Part shown: piece after piece, positions 9,833 to 18,581 of the stretch
Position numbering within the stretch: the first letter of the stretch is position 1
Layout: each line of letters begins with the position of its first letter
Assembly (NCBI GenBank): GCA_965219955.1
Contig: OZ244799.1
Location: 512,001-576,000 of the forward strand
Direction of reading: 5' to 3'
DNA length: 64,000 nucleotides
DNA from: a bacterium
Lineage (GTDB): Bacteria > UBA8248
Notes under the pieces: generated by a model
Seen by the model: only the letters and a program-made list of their open reading frames with translations
Told to the model about the DNA's origin: nothing
The model's database searches: none
Position numbers and translations under genes: made by a program

Positions 9833-10056
9833 GGGTCTGTTGAAAAACTCCTATCCGACCTTCGAGATTGTTCGCCGTAGGGACAGGCCTCCGTGCGAGA
9901 TTGTTCGCCGTAGGGACAGGCCTCCGTGCCTGTCCTGCTCTTCGTGGTTGTCCTTCGTCAGGACAGGCACGGAGGCCTGTCCCTACAGAGCCATCGCGCC
10001 TGCGTCGCGTGAACCTACATGCCGCCGACCCCGAAACAGGCTTTTTCAACACCCCC
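9833..10056. mobile_element. MITE-like element (TIR plus inverted GTAG-REP pair) with an internal 33-nt tandem duplication
   Basis: Near-identical to the reverse complement of 61315-61505 and partly to 59418-59584. GAGATTGTTCGCCGTAGGGACAGGCCTCCGTGC occurs twice (9864-9896 and 9897-9929). Confidence 0.82.
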
Positions 10057-10100
10057 GGCTCCCGCGGGCCGCCCGGGGAACCCGGCGCGGGACAGAAAAC

Positions 10101-10129
10101 TTGAATCCATCGATCCGCTGGGCCATAAT
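10101..10129 (+). promoter_or_regulatory. Putative sigma70 promoter of the MMPL-SMT unit
   Basis: TTGAAT-17 nt-CATAAT. Confidence 0.55.
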
Positions 10130-10281
10130 GATCTCACTTTGGTTCACTGTTGCGACCGCCCGGGCGTCATGGACTTCCACCGCGCAAGCCGCGTTGCGAT
10201 GCTCGGGATTCGCAACCAGTTCACAACCGCCCCCGGAACCGGCGGGTACGCTGCGGCTATACGCCGCCGTATAGCGAGGCC

Positions 10282-12567
10282 ATGATGTCCGCACCTCTGA
10301 ACCGCTATATTGCGTTCATGTTGCGCCGCAGACGGCTGGTCCTCGCGGCGAGCGTAGCGGTCATGCTGATACTGGCGGTCGGCCTCCGCACCATCGTCAT
10401 CTCCAACGACTGGCGCGACATGCTGGACGAGGGCAATCCCCAACTCGTCGCGTTCGACGCCATGGAGGCCACCTATTCGGCGACCAATGCGGCGGTGATC
10501 GCAGTCGCGCCCAAGGGGGGGGCGGTGTTCACCCGCGAGGCGCTCGGCGCCGTCGAGGAGTTGACCGAAGCCGCCTGGCGCGTGCCCAGGGCCATACGGG
10601 TCGACTCCATTACGAACTATAACCACACGGAGGCGGAAGAGGACGACTTGATCGTGGAGCGCCTCGTGGACGACGCGGGATCACTCAGCGATGCGGATCT
10701 CAAGCGGATCGAGAAGATCGCGCTGAGCGAGAGCAGCATCGTGGGCCGTCTCGTCTCGGGAGACGGGCGCGTTGCCGGGCTGGTCATCAGTTTCGCCTTG
10801 CCCGAGCGTTCGGACGCCGCGGAGATCCGGATTTACAACCATATCCGCGGCCTCCTTGAAAAATCCCGGAAGGCCCACCCGGACATCGAATACCACGTGA
10901 CCGGCAACGTCTTCGTGAACCAGGTCCTGACGGAAGCGGCCCAGGACGATATGGGGATCCTCGCGCCCGCGGCGTTCTTCATCATCATAGCCGTCGCCGC
11001 CATTCTGCTGCGCTCCCTGTTCGGCACGCTGTCCCTCGTCGCCGTGGTCATCTTCACCGTCATCTCGACCATGGGCGTCATCGGCTGGATCGGCCTGGTG
11101 CTCAACGCGGCCAACTCCAGCGTTCCCCTCATCATCATGACGCTCGCCATCGCGCACTCGGTCCACGTCGTCGAGTCGATCATTTCAGGCATGAGGGGAG
11201 GGCTGGACAGGGACGCCGCGATCGCCGGGTCGATGCGCGACAATGCCTGGCCCGTGTTCCTGACGACGGCCACGACGATGATCGGGTTCTTCAGCATGAA
11301 CGCCTCGGACTCTCCGCCTTTCCGGATCCTCGGCAACCTGGTGGCGTTCGGCATGCTGTGCGCCTACGCCTATTCCATGACGCTTCTGCCGGCGCTGCTG
11401 TCGGTCCTGCCGTTGCGCGCGCGTCCGGCGGGCGCCGTGGGTTCGGGCCTCTTCGACCGGCTCGGCGCCTTCGTCGTCGCGCGCCGCGCGCTCCTGCTCT
11501 GGGCCCTGGCCGCCGTTGCGATCGCGCTCGTGGCGGGCGTGCCCCGCGTCGAACTGACGGACAACTGGACGCAGCATCTGGATAAGCGTTACGAGTTCCG
11601 GCGCGACACGGATTTCGTCATCGAGAACCTGACCGGCGTGGAAACCCTGGAGTACTCCCTGGACTCCGGGCGCGAAGGCGGCATTACCGATCCCGGGTAT
11701 CTTCGCAAGGTCGAAGCCTTCGCCGATTGGTACCGCGCCCAGCCGGAAGTGGCGCACGTCCAGGTGTTTACGAACATCATGAAGCGCCTCAACAAGAACA
11801 TGAACGGCGATAATCCCGCCTTCTACCGGCTGCCGGAAAACTCCCGGCTCGCCGCGCAGTATCTGCTGCTCTACGAGCTTTCGGTCCCCTTCGGCATGGA
11901 CCTCAACAACCGCATCAACATCGCCAAATCCGCGACGCGCATGACCGTCACGCTCAAGAGGCTCAAGTCCGAGGAGCTGCGCGCGCTGGAAGCGCGCGGG
12001 CAGAAATGGCTCAGCGCCAACGCGCCCGACCTCGCGAAAGAGGCGTCGGGTTACAGCCTCATCTTCGCCCATCTGGCCATTCAGAACACCTTGAGCATGT
12101 TGTGGGGCACGCTCACCGGCATGATCCTCATTTCGCTGATCCTGATCGGGATTTTCAAGAGCCTGCGCCTCGGCCTCATCAGCCTCGTGCCCAACCTCAT
12201 CCCCGCGGCCATGGCCTTCGGCGTCTGGGGTTATCTGTACAGCGAGGTGGGGCCCGCCGGCTCTCTCGTGACCGCCATCGCCTTCGGCATCGTCGTCGAC
12301 GACACGATTCACTTCATGAGCAAGTATCTGAAGTCGCGCCGGGATGGTCATTCGGCATCCGAGGCGGTGCGCGCCACCTTCCGTTCGGTAGGCTTTGCGC
12401 TGTTCTCTACGACCTCGATCCTGGTGCTGGGCTTCCTGGTATTCGCCACGTCGGGATTCGCGATCACCTGGATGCTCGGCCTCCTGGTGGCGCTCACGCT
12501 TAGCTTCGCGCTGATCCTGGATTTGCTGCTCCTCCCGCCCCTGCTGATAGCCCTCGACCGGAAGTAA
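10282..12567 (+). CDS. MMPL/RND-superfamily lipid transporter
   Basis: About 761 aa with two repeats of TM-periplasmic domain-5TM. Motifs LAIAHSVH and IAFGIVVDDTIHF; C-terminal LLLLPPLL. Confidence 0.9.
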   Translation: MMSAPLNRYIAFMLRRRRLVLAASVAVMLILAVGLRTIVISNDWRDMLDEGNPQLVAFDAMEATYSATNAAVIAVAPKGGAVFTREALGAVEELTEAAWRVPRAIRVDSITNYNHTEAEEDDLIVERLVDDAGSLSDADLKRIEKIALSESSIVGRLVSGDGRVAGLVISFALPERSDAAEIRIYNHIRGLLEKSRKAHPDIEYHVTGNVFVNQVLTEAAQDDMGILAPAAFFIIIAVAAILLRSLFGTLSLVAVVIFTVISTMGVIGWIGLVLNAANSSVPLIIMTLAIAHSVHVVESIISGMRGGLDRDAAIAGSMRDNAWPVFLTTATTMIGFFSMNASDSPPFRILGNLVAFGMLCAYAYSMTLLPALLSVLPLRARPAGAVGSGLFDRLGAFVVARRALLLWALAAVAIALVAGVPRVELTDNWTQHLDKRYEFRRDTDFVIENLTGVETLEYSLDSGREGGITDPGYLRKVEAFADWYRAQPEVAHVQVFTNIMKRLNKNMNGDNPAFYRLPENSRLAAQYLLLYELSVPFGMDLNNRINIAKSATRMTVTLKRLKSEELRALEARGQKWLSANAPDLAKEASGYSLIFAHLAIQNTLSMLWGTLTGMILISLILIGIFKSLRLGLISLVPNLIPAAMAFGVWGYLYSEVGPAGSLVTAIAFGIVVDDTIHFMSKYLKSRRDGHSASEAVRATFRSVGFALFSTTSILVLGFLVFATSGFAITWMLGLLVALTLSFALILDLLLLPPLLIALDRK

Positions 12568-12700
12568 TCATGCTCCGGGCTCCGTCTCTCCCGATTGGCG
12601 CAGAGGGTCTCCGCGCTGCGTGGGTGCGGCCTTCCGGCAACAGGTGCGCTGCGAAGCGCCGCACGCAATGCGCCCGAACACGCTCGACTGACGCATCGTC

Positions 12701-13732
12701 ATGACATCCAAACCCAGGCTCACCGACATCCTGAAAGACGCAAAAACCGGTGACCGCGTTGCCTCTGGCATCCAGGAATATGACCGGCGCTACGGCGGCG
12801 CGGAACGCGGCGGCCTGGACGAGCGCAAGACGGACTACCTGGACTTCGAGAGAAGCTATTACAATCTGGTCACCGATTTCTTCGAGTACGGCTGGGGCCG
12901 GTCCTTCCATTTCGCGCCGCGCGTCGAAGGGGAGAGCTTCGCCGCCTCGCTCGCGCGTCACGAGCACTACATGGCGCACAGGCTGAATCTCCGGCCCGGA
13001 ATGGTGGCGGTGGACCTGGGCTGCGGCGTCGGCGGCCCGTTGCGCGAGATCGCACGCTTCTCGGGCGCGAAAATCGTCGGCGTCAACATCAACGAATACC
13101 AGTTGAAGCGCGCCGCAGAGCTGACGGAAGCGGAGCATCTAAGCCACCTGGCCGAATACCTGAACTGCGATTTCATGCGCGTCGATGCACCGGATGCCAG
13201 CTTCGACGCCGCCTATTCCATCGAGGCGACCTGCTGCGCGCCGGACAAGGCCGGCGTCTATGCCGAGGCGTTCCGCCTGCTCAAGCCCGGGGCTCTTCTC
13301 GGGGTCTACGAATACTGTATGACCGACCTTTTCGACGCGCAGAATCCCGGGCACCTGAAGCTCAAGGCCGATATGGAGCATAGCGGCGCACTGCCCGATA
13401 TCGCCCGGCCGCAAGAAGTCGACGACGCGGTTCGACAGGCAGGTTTCGAACTGCTCGAAGCGTGCGACCTCGCCGCCGAGGCACCGCCGGGGGTTCCCTG
13501 GCACCAGCCGCTGGTCGGCTCCGGCCTGTCCCTGGCGAGTTTCCGCTCCTCGGCGCTCGGGCGCCGGCTGACGCACAGCACGCTCTGGCTGCTCGAGCGG
13601 CTGGGAATCGTGCCGCGCGGGACGACCAGGGTGTCGAGCCTGCTGAACTTCGCCGCCGTCACCTTCGCCGAAGCCGGCCGCCTCGGTATTTTCACCCCGA
13701 TGTATTTCATACTCGCCCGCAAGCCGGAGTAG
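12701..13732 (+). CDS. Sterol 24-C-methyltransferase (ERG6/SMT family)
   Basis: All four SMT signature regions are present: YYNLVTDFFEYGWGRSFHFAP, DLGCGVGGPLREIARFSG, YSIEATCCAP and EAFRLLKPG. The sterol-MT C-terminus GRLGIFTPMYFILARKP is also present. Confidence 0.92.
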   Translation: MTSKPRLTDILKDAKTGDRVASGIQEYDRRYGGAERGGLDERKTDYLDFERSYYNLVTDFFEYGWGRSFHFAPRVEGESFAASLARHEHYMAHRLNLRPGMVAVDLGCGVGGPLREIARFSGAKIVGVNINEYQLKRAAELTEAEHLSHLAEYLNCDFMRVDAPDASFDAAYSIEATCCAPDKAGVYAEAFRLLKPGALLGVYEYCMTDLFDAQNPGHLKLKADMEHSGALPDIARPQEVDDAVRQAGFELLEACDLAAEAPPGVPWHQPLVGSGLSLASFRSSALGRRLTHSTLWLLERLGIVPRGTTRVSSLLNFAAVTFAEAGRLGIFTPMYFILARKPE

Positions 13733-13890
13733 GGAGGGGGTGCTGGGGAAGTGTTGATTTCGTGATTCGGCGTATGGAGCCGACCGGGGAGGGGCGGCTT
13801 CTTTGCGAAGCGGACGCCTCTTGCGGTTTTCGTATAACGCCCTCCTGAACCGAAGCGGGTATGGATTTCGCAGTCCGCAGGAAGCGTGTC

Positions 13891-14631
13891 ATGAACAAGT
13901 TCATATTATTCACTTGCCTGACGATTGCGTGCGCGTTCGCGCCGGCGAGGAATGCCTGCGCGCAGTCGATAGAAGAAGCGCGCGCCGCGTATGCCGAGGG
14001 CCGCTTCGTGGAGGCGGCCGAGCTCGCCCGTGCGCTCGGCACTTCCGAAGGCTATACGCTGGCCGCCGATTCACTGGCGATTCATGGCTACTACATGGCG
14101 CCGGAGGGCGAAAAGGAGGGCTTGTTCAAGCGGGCGGAGGAGTCCGCGCGAAAGGCGATCCGGCTCGACGCGGCCAGCCCCGAGGCCCATCTCCAGTTGG
14201 CCCACGCCATGGGCCGCCAGGCGCAGGTGAGCGGTGCGCTCAAGGCGTTGAAAGAGGGCTATGCAACCAAGGTGCGCGATGCGATTGAAGAGGCGCTTCG
14301 GCTGGCCCCGGACTCGGCATCCGCCCACGTCAGCCTGGGCGCCTGGCATGCGGGCGCCGTCGGCGCAGGCGGATTCTTCGCCGGTCTGCTCTACGGGGCG
14401 AGCGCAGAGGACGCTCACGCCCATTTCGAGCGGGCGCTCGAATTGGCGCCTCGGGACAAGGTGGCGCTTTTCGAATACGCGCTTGGTTTGCTGAGCCTGG
14501 ATGCCGATGAGAACCGCGCGAAGGCGCGCGACCTGCTCGAGCGTGCGATAAAATTGCCGCCGAAAAACGCCTTTGAGCGGCTGATTCACCAAAAAGCGGT
14601 CGAGCGGCTCGCGGCTATAAGCGGTGGATAG
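13891..14631 (+). CDS. Secreted TPR-like helical repeat protein
   Basis: Signal peptide MNKFILFTCLTIACAFAPARNACAQ, followed by TPR-like repeats (ARKAIRLDAASPEAHLQLA, EEALRLAPDSASAHVSLG, FERALELAPRD). Confidence 0.8.
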   Translation: MNKFILFTCLTIACAFAPARNACAQSIEEARAAYAEGRFVEAAELARALGTSEGYTLAADSLAIHGYYMAPEGEKEGLFKRAEESARKAIRLDAASPEAHLQLAHAMGRQAQVSGALKALKEGYATKVRDAIEEALRLAPDSASAHVSLGAWHAGAVGAGGFFAGLLYGASAEDAHAHFERALELAPRDKVALFEYALGLLSLDADENRAKARDLLERAIKLPPKNAFERLIHQKAVERLAAISGG

Positions 14632-14922
14632 GGGGTTGTTGGAAAAATCCCCTTTTTCGGGGGCAGAGGGGACGCCCTGCTCGCCTGGAAAACCAACCCC
14701 CCCTACCCCCCCTTGACAGGGGGGTATAAAAAGGCGACGCCCGCCGCTGGTAGAGGGGCATTTGTTTTTTCTTGCCCCCCTGTCAAGGGGGGGTAGGGGG
14801 GGGTGCCTTTATCCTCTGACAAGAGGCCTTTTTCAACAGCCCCCTCAAGGGGGGAGTGGCTTGATGATGCGTATGTCGTTGAGAAATCTATTTCGGCTCG
14901 TTTGGGGACTGTTTCAACGACC
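14632..14922. repeat. TIR-bounded cassette directly after a TAG stop, with CCCCCTACCCCCCTTGACAGGGGGG palindromes
   Basis: GGGGTTGTTGGAAAAA at 14632, TTTTTCAACAGCCCC ending ~14843, and a second degenerate pair at 14876-14922. Confidence 0.72.
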
Positions 14923-14975
14923 TCACAGGCCCGGCTTCATGCGCTTGTCGGAGCGATAGATACTGAATAAAACAC

Positions 14976-15005
14976 TTGAAATCAATCGTTTTACTGGCCC
15001 ATAAT
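14976..15005 (+). promoter_or_regulatory. Putative sigma70 promoter of the P450 gene
   Basis: TTGAAA-18 nt-CATAAT; the sequence resembles the promoter at 10101. Confidence 0.5.
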
Positions 15006-15112
15006 GCGCTTGGTCGGCTTTCTGCCGCGGCGGCCTGAGCGACACAGTCCCGCCTATTGGAAGCTTCCTGGAGCCATATACTCCTACACCCTGGCTTGGG
15101 GTGCGTTGTTCG

Positions 15113-17170
15113 ATGAGACTGATCGAAGAAATCATACTCCTGCTGCTGAACGAGGAGAGCGGCTATCTCGAACAGGTGGCAGGCTGGAATCTCTCGTGCG
15201 TTCTCGCCGGCGCCGTACTGGCGGACCTCGACCTCGAATCCCGCATCGACACCGCGCACGAGACACTCAAGCTGGACGATTCGACACCTGTGGGAGACGA
15301 CCTCCTCGACCCCGTACTGGCGACCATCGTCCGCGATCCCGAACCACGCAGCGTAAGCTACTGGGTCGAGAAAATCGCCGTCACGTCGGACGAGATACTG
15401 GATCAGGCTCTCGAACGGCTGGTGGAAAACGGGATTCTGGACCATTCGATCGGCGGCTTCTGGTCTCTCTCGCGAAACGCCGCGAATGCCGCCTACAGCA
15501 TGTCCAGCGGCGAGTCCCGGGCGAAAATCCGCCGGCGAATCGTCGATACGATACTCGAGGACGACATCCCCGACCCCCGTGACGCCATTATCATCGGCCT
15601 CGCCAATTCCTGCGACGCGTTCAGGTTTCTCCTGCAGCCGGAAGACTACGAGGCTTCACGCGAACGTATCGAGCTGTTCAGCATGCTGGACCGCATCAGC
15701 CGATCCGTCGCCACCGCCGTCGCGGCGACATCGGTCCGCCGCACCATCAAGACGGCGACGAAGCCCATTCCCGACATCAGCTTATGGAAACTGCTCCGCA
15801 AGGATTCGTTCTGGCAGGGAAATATGTCCAGGATAACGGCCGACCTCTACCGCGACTACGGCCCTGTATTCGCGATCAAGGCTCCCTTCTCCCAAAAGAG
15901 AATCTTCGTCATCGCCGGGAACAAGGCCAACATCTGGGTCAACCGGCGCGGACGGATGTACCTGCGGTCGAAGGATTACATTTCGGGTCTGGAGGAAGCG
16001 CTCGGCGTATCCAGAAGCCTGCCGGGCATGGACGGGGCCGAACACTACCGCATGCGCAAGGCGCAGTACACGGCCTTCACCAAGGGCCGCCTGAACGAAC
16101 GTCTCGACGAACTGCTGCATGAGGTTCGTGTGGGCCTGGATTCGTGGAAAGAGGGCGACGTGCTCATCGCCCGTGACGCGATCCGCAGGCTGATGGCCCG
16201 GCAGGTCACCCAGCTCTCGGTCAGCCTGGACCTTTCGGAATACATGGACGACATCCTCAGCTACAAGAACCGCATGTTGATCACCCACGTGCAAAAGGCC
16301 TTGCCGAAGTTTTTTCTGAAAACACCGAAAATGGCCGCCAAGGGACGGCGCATCGACCAGGTCTACGCCATGATCCGGAACACGCACACGCCGGGGCAGC
16401 GGGAGAACAAGCCGCGCGACCTGATCGACGACCTGCTCAGCCTGCACGCCAGCGACCCGCAGTATTTTCCGGAGGCCGATCACAAGTTTCCGATGATCAT
16501 GGCGTTCGTCGCGTCCATGTACATGGGCACCGCCCTCGCGTTCGCGGTCTTTGAAATGTATTCCAACCCGGACCTCCTTCAGCGCGTCCGCGAGGAAGCC
16601 GAGGCGCTGTTCGCGAACGGAGAACCGGGACCCGAGGACTTCACCGACGAGGCCATGGACACCACCCACAGGCTGGTCCTCGAGGCGCTTCGGGTCTATC
16701 CCAGCGTACCCGTGCAGATGAGAAACGTCATGAACCCCTGCGTCGTGGAGGGTTATGAAATTCCCCTCGGCTCACGCATCATCATGGCGATGACGGCCGT
16801 TCATTACCTGGAGGAGAACTATCCGGATCCGCTTAAGTTCGACATCGACCGGCATCTTCCCGGACGCGAGGAGACCAGGAAACACGGCGCATTCGGGACA
16901 TACGGTTTGGGGACGCACACCTGCCTCGGCGCAAGGGTGGTGGAATATCAGATGACTATCAACCTGATGATGATCGCCTACCACTTCGACCTCGAAGTGA
17001 TGCCCTCGAGCTACCCGATCAAAATCAATCCGTTCCCGACCTGCACCCCTCGCAAGAGCCTCAAGCTGCTGGTCAAGTCGAAGCGGCCGGTCACCCCGAG
17101 CGGCCAGGCGGACGCCTCGGGCGACCAGGCGGGCGCCGCGAGCGAGCGTAAGGTCGCCCTGCATTCCTGA
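15113..17170 (+). CDS. Cytochrome P450 with an N-terminal GPP34 (GOLPH3/Vps74-like) domain
   Basis: The first ~210 aa (MRLIEEIILLLLNEESG...LAGAVLADLDLESRID...GDDLLDPVL...LERLVENGIL...DPRDAIIIGL) match the bacterial GPP34 pattern. The C-terminal part has ExxR (EALR), meander PDPLKFDIDR and heme motif YGLGTHTCLG. Confidence 0.85.
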   Translation: MRLIEEIILLLLNEESGYLEQVAGWNLSCVLAGAVLADLDLESRIDTAHETLKLDDSTPVGDDLLDPVLATIVRDPEPRSVSYWVEKIAVTSDEILDQALERLVENGILDHSIGGFWSLSRNAANAAYSMSSGESRAKIRRRIVDTILEDDIPDPRDAIIIGLANSCDAFRFLLQPEDYEASRERIELFSMLDRISRSVATAVAATSVRRTIKTATKPIPDISLWKLLRKDSFWQGNMSRITADLYRDYGPVFAIKAPFSQKRIFVIAGNKANIWVNRRGRMYLRSKDYISGLEEALGVSRSLPGMDGAEHYRMRKAQYTAFTKGRLNERLDELLHEVRVGLDSWKEGDVLIARDAIRRLMARQVTQLSVSLDLSEYMDDILSYKNRMLITHVQKALPKFFLKTPKMAAKGRRIDQVYAMIRNTHTPGQRENKPRDLIDDLLSLHASDPQYFPEADHKFPMIMAFVASMYMGTALAFAVFEMYSNPDLLQRVREEAEALFANGEPGPEDFTDEAMDTTHRLVLEALRVYPSVPVQMRNVMNPCVVEGYEIPLGSRIIMAMTAVHYLEENYPDPLKFDIDRHLPGREETRKHGAFGTYGLGTHTCLGARVVEYQMTINLMMIAYHFDLEVMPSSYPIKINPFPTCTPRKSLKLLVKSKRPVTPSGQADASGDQAGAASERKVALHS

Positions 17171-17177
17171 CCGGCGA

Positions 17178-17289
17178 AGGGACAGGCCTCCGTGCCTGTC
17201 CTGATGGCAACCATCCTGCAAAGGACAACCACGGAGGGTTGTCCCTACAACCGCCATTCCTCATTCATCGAGGCTTCTTCAACGGCCCC
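17178..17289. repeat. Partial GTAG-REP/TIR element between convergent genes
   Basis: AGGGACAGGCCTCCGTGCCTGTCC...GTCCCTAC followed by TTCTTCAACGGCCCC. Confidence 0.65.
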
Positions 17290-17324
17290 GACTCTATCGG
17301 GTGCGCAGACGAAAAGAATTTGAT

Positions 17325-18581
17325 CTAGAAATTGTACGTCACGTTCAGGGCCACGAAGCTGTCCCGCCTCGTGTCGTAGATGATGTCCTCCTCGCCCACG
17401 TCCATGAAAACAATCGATTCCAGCTTCATCGACCACTGGTCCGAGAGGCGCCGTCTCAGTTCGAAGCTCATGGTGCGCGTGGAATGGTCCGCGTCCGCGA
17501 GAACCCCGGCGATGATCTCCGTGCTCTGGGCGTCGTTGAGCCCGAGTCGAACGGCGAAGAAGAGGTCGTTCTGGAACTCGGAGTTCGAACGCTCGCGGCG
17601 CTCGTCGTAATTCCATTCGGCGAGCAGGCCGAGGTCGGCGGCCGAGCCGAAAACGGCGTTGAAGGTGTACTCCCCCCCGATGACGAAAGCGGCGAAATCC
17701 TCTTCCATTCCCAGGAGGTTCCGCGCGCCTTCGCGGTGAATGGCTTCGAGCTTGAGCAGCCAGGCCTCCAGTGTGAGCTGGGCGTCCACGCTGACCTGAA
17801 AGATTGGTTCGTAGCGCTGGCGCAGGCTCAGCGCGCCGCGCTCGTCGAAGTGCGGTGTGACGAACGGCTCCCGGCTGGTGCCGTCGAATACGCTGAGCCC
17901 TAAGTCGAAAGGCCCGAAGCTGTGGCTGTAGCGGGCGGCGAGGTCCACGCGCCACTCCCCGGCTGCGCTTTCGTAGGAGACGTGCTCGTCGTCTATGACG
18001 ATCGCGGAGCGCAGGCGGCCGTGAAGGCCCGGGTAGGTGCGCGCGCGGTGATAAGTGAGGGCGAAGAACTCCAGGATGCCCCACTCCGCCGACCAGGTGA
18101 GGTGGGCCATGGGCTGGCCCAGCTTGCTTTCCTTGTTGGGATGCTCGACGAGGTCGGTCTGATTGATGATGTCGACCAGGTGCTGCGATTCGGTGACGCC
18201 CCAGAACACGCGGTCCACGCCCAGGCGCAGCTCCCATTCCCCGTCGCCGGCCTCACCGAACATGAGAAGATAGGCTTCGCGCAAATCGGCGCGGGTGCGG
18301 CGCGAGTCCGCGCCGTCGTAGCGGAAAAACGGCGCGACCGTGAAACTCCAGTTCCCCCCGCTTTCGAGATGGAGTTTCGGCTCAACGGCCAAACCGCTCA
18401 CGTGCGCGCGCTGGTCGGGATGGGCGTTAAGCTGGGGATACCACCGGCCGTCGACGTCCAGGCTGCCGGAAAACTCGTGCTCGATGCTTTCGGCCCCGTG
18501 GCTGGCACCTGCGATAAGGAAAACGGTCAGGATGGCGACGGCGGCCAGCACCGCGCGGTGAAAAGCGGCGCGCATCGGCAT
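17325..18581 (-). CDS. Putative outer-membrane beta-barrel protein (partner of the LolA-like protein)
   Basis: Signal peptide; DLREAY, LRLGVDRVFWGVTES motifs; alternating beta-strand pattern; C-terminal VTYNF. Translationally coupled to the upstream gene. Confidence 0.8.
   Translation of the reverse strand: MPMRAAFHRAVLAAVAILTVFLIAGASHGAESIEHEFSGSLDVDGRWYPQLNAHPDQRAHVSGLAVEPKLHLESGGNWSFTVAPFFRYDGADSRRTRADLREAYLLMFGEAGDGEWELRLGVDRVFWGVTESQHLVDIINQTDLVEHPNKESKLGQPMAHLTWSAEWGILEFFALTYHRARTYPGLHGRLRSAIVIDDEHVSYESAAGEWRVDLAARYSHSFGPFDLGLSVFDGTSREPFVTPHFDERGALSLRQRYEPIFQVSVDAQLTLEAWLLKLEAIHREGARNLLGMEEDFAAFVIGGEYTFNAVFGSAADLGLLAEWNYDERRERSNSEFQNDLFFAVRLGLNDAQSTEIIAGVLADADHSTRTMSFELRRRLSDQWSMKLESIVFMDVGEEDIIYDTRRDSFVALNVTYNF

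Noticed and set aside
12570-12704. 44-codon ORF between the MMPL and SMT genes (and a 23-codon ORF before the Rieske gene)
   Set aside because: No RBS or recognisable motif; short ORFs ending in ATGA overlaps arise easily by chance in GC-rich DNA.
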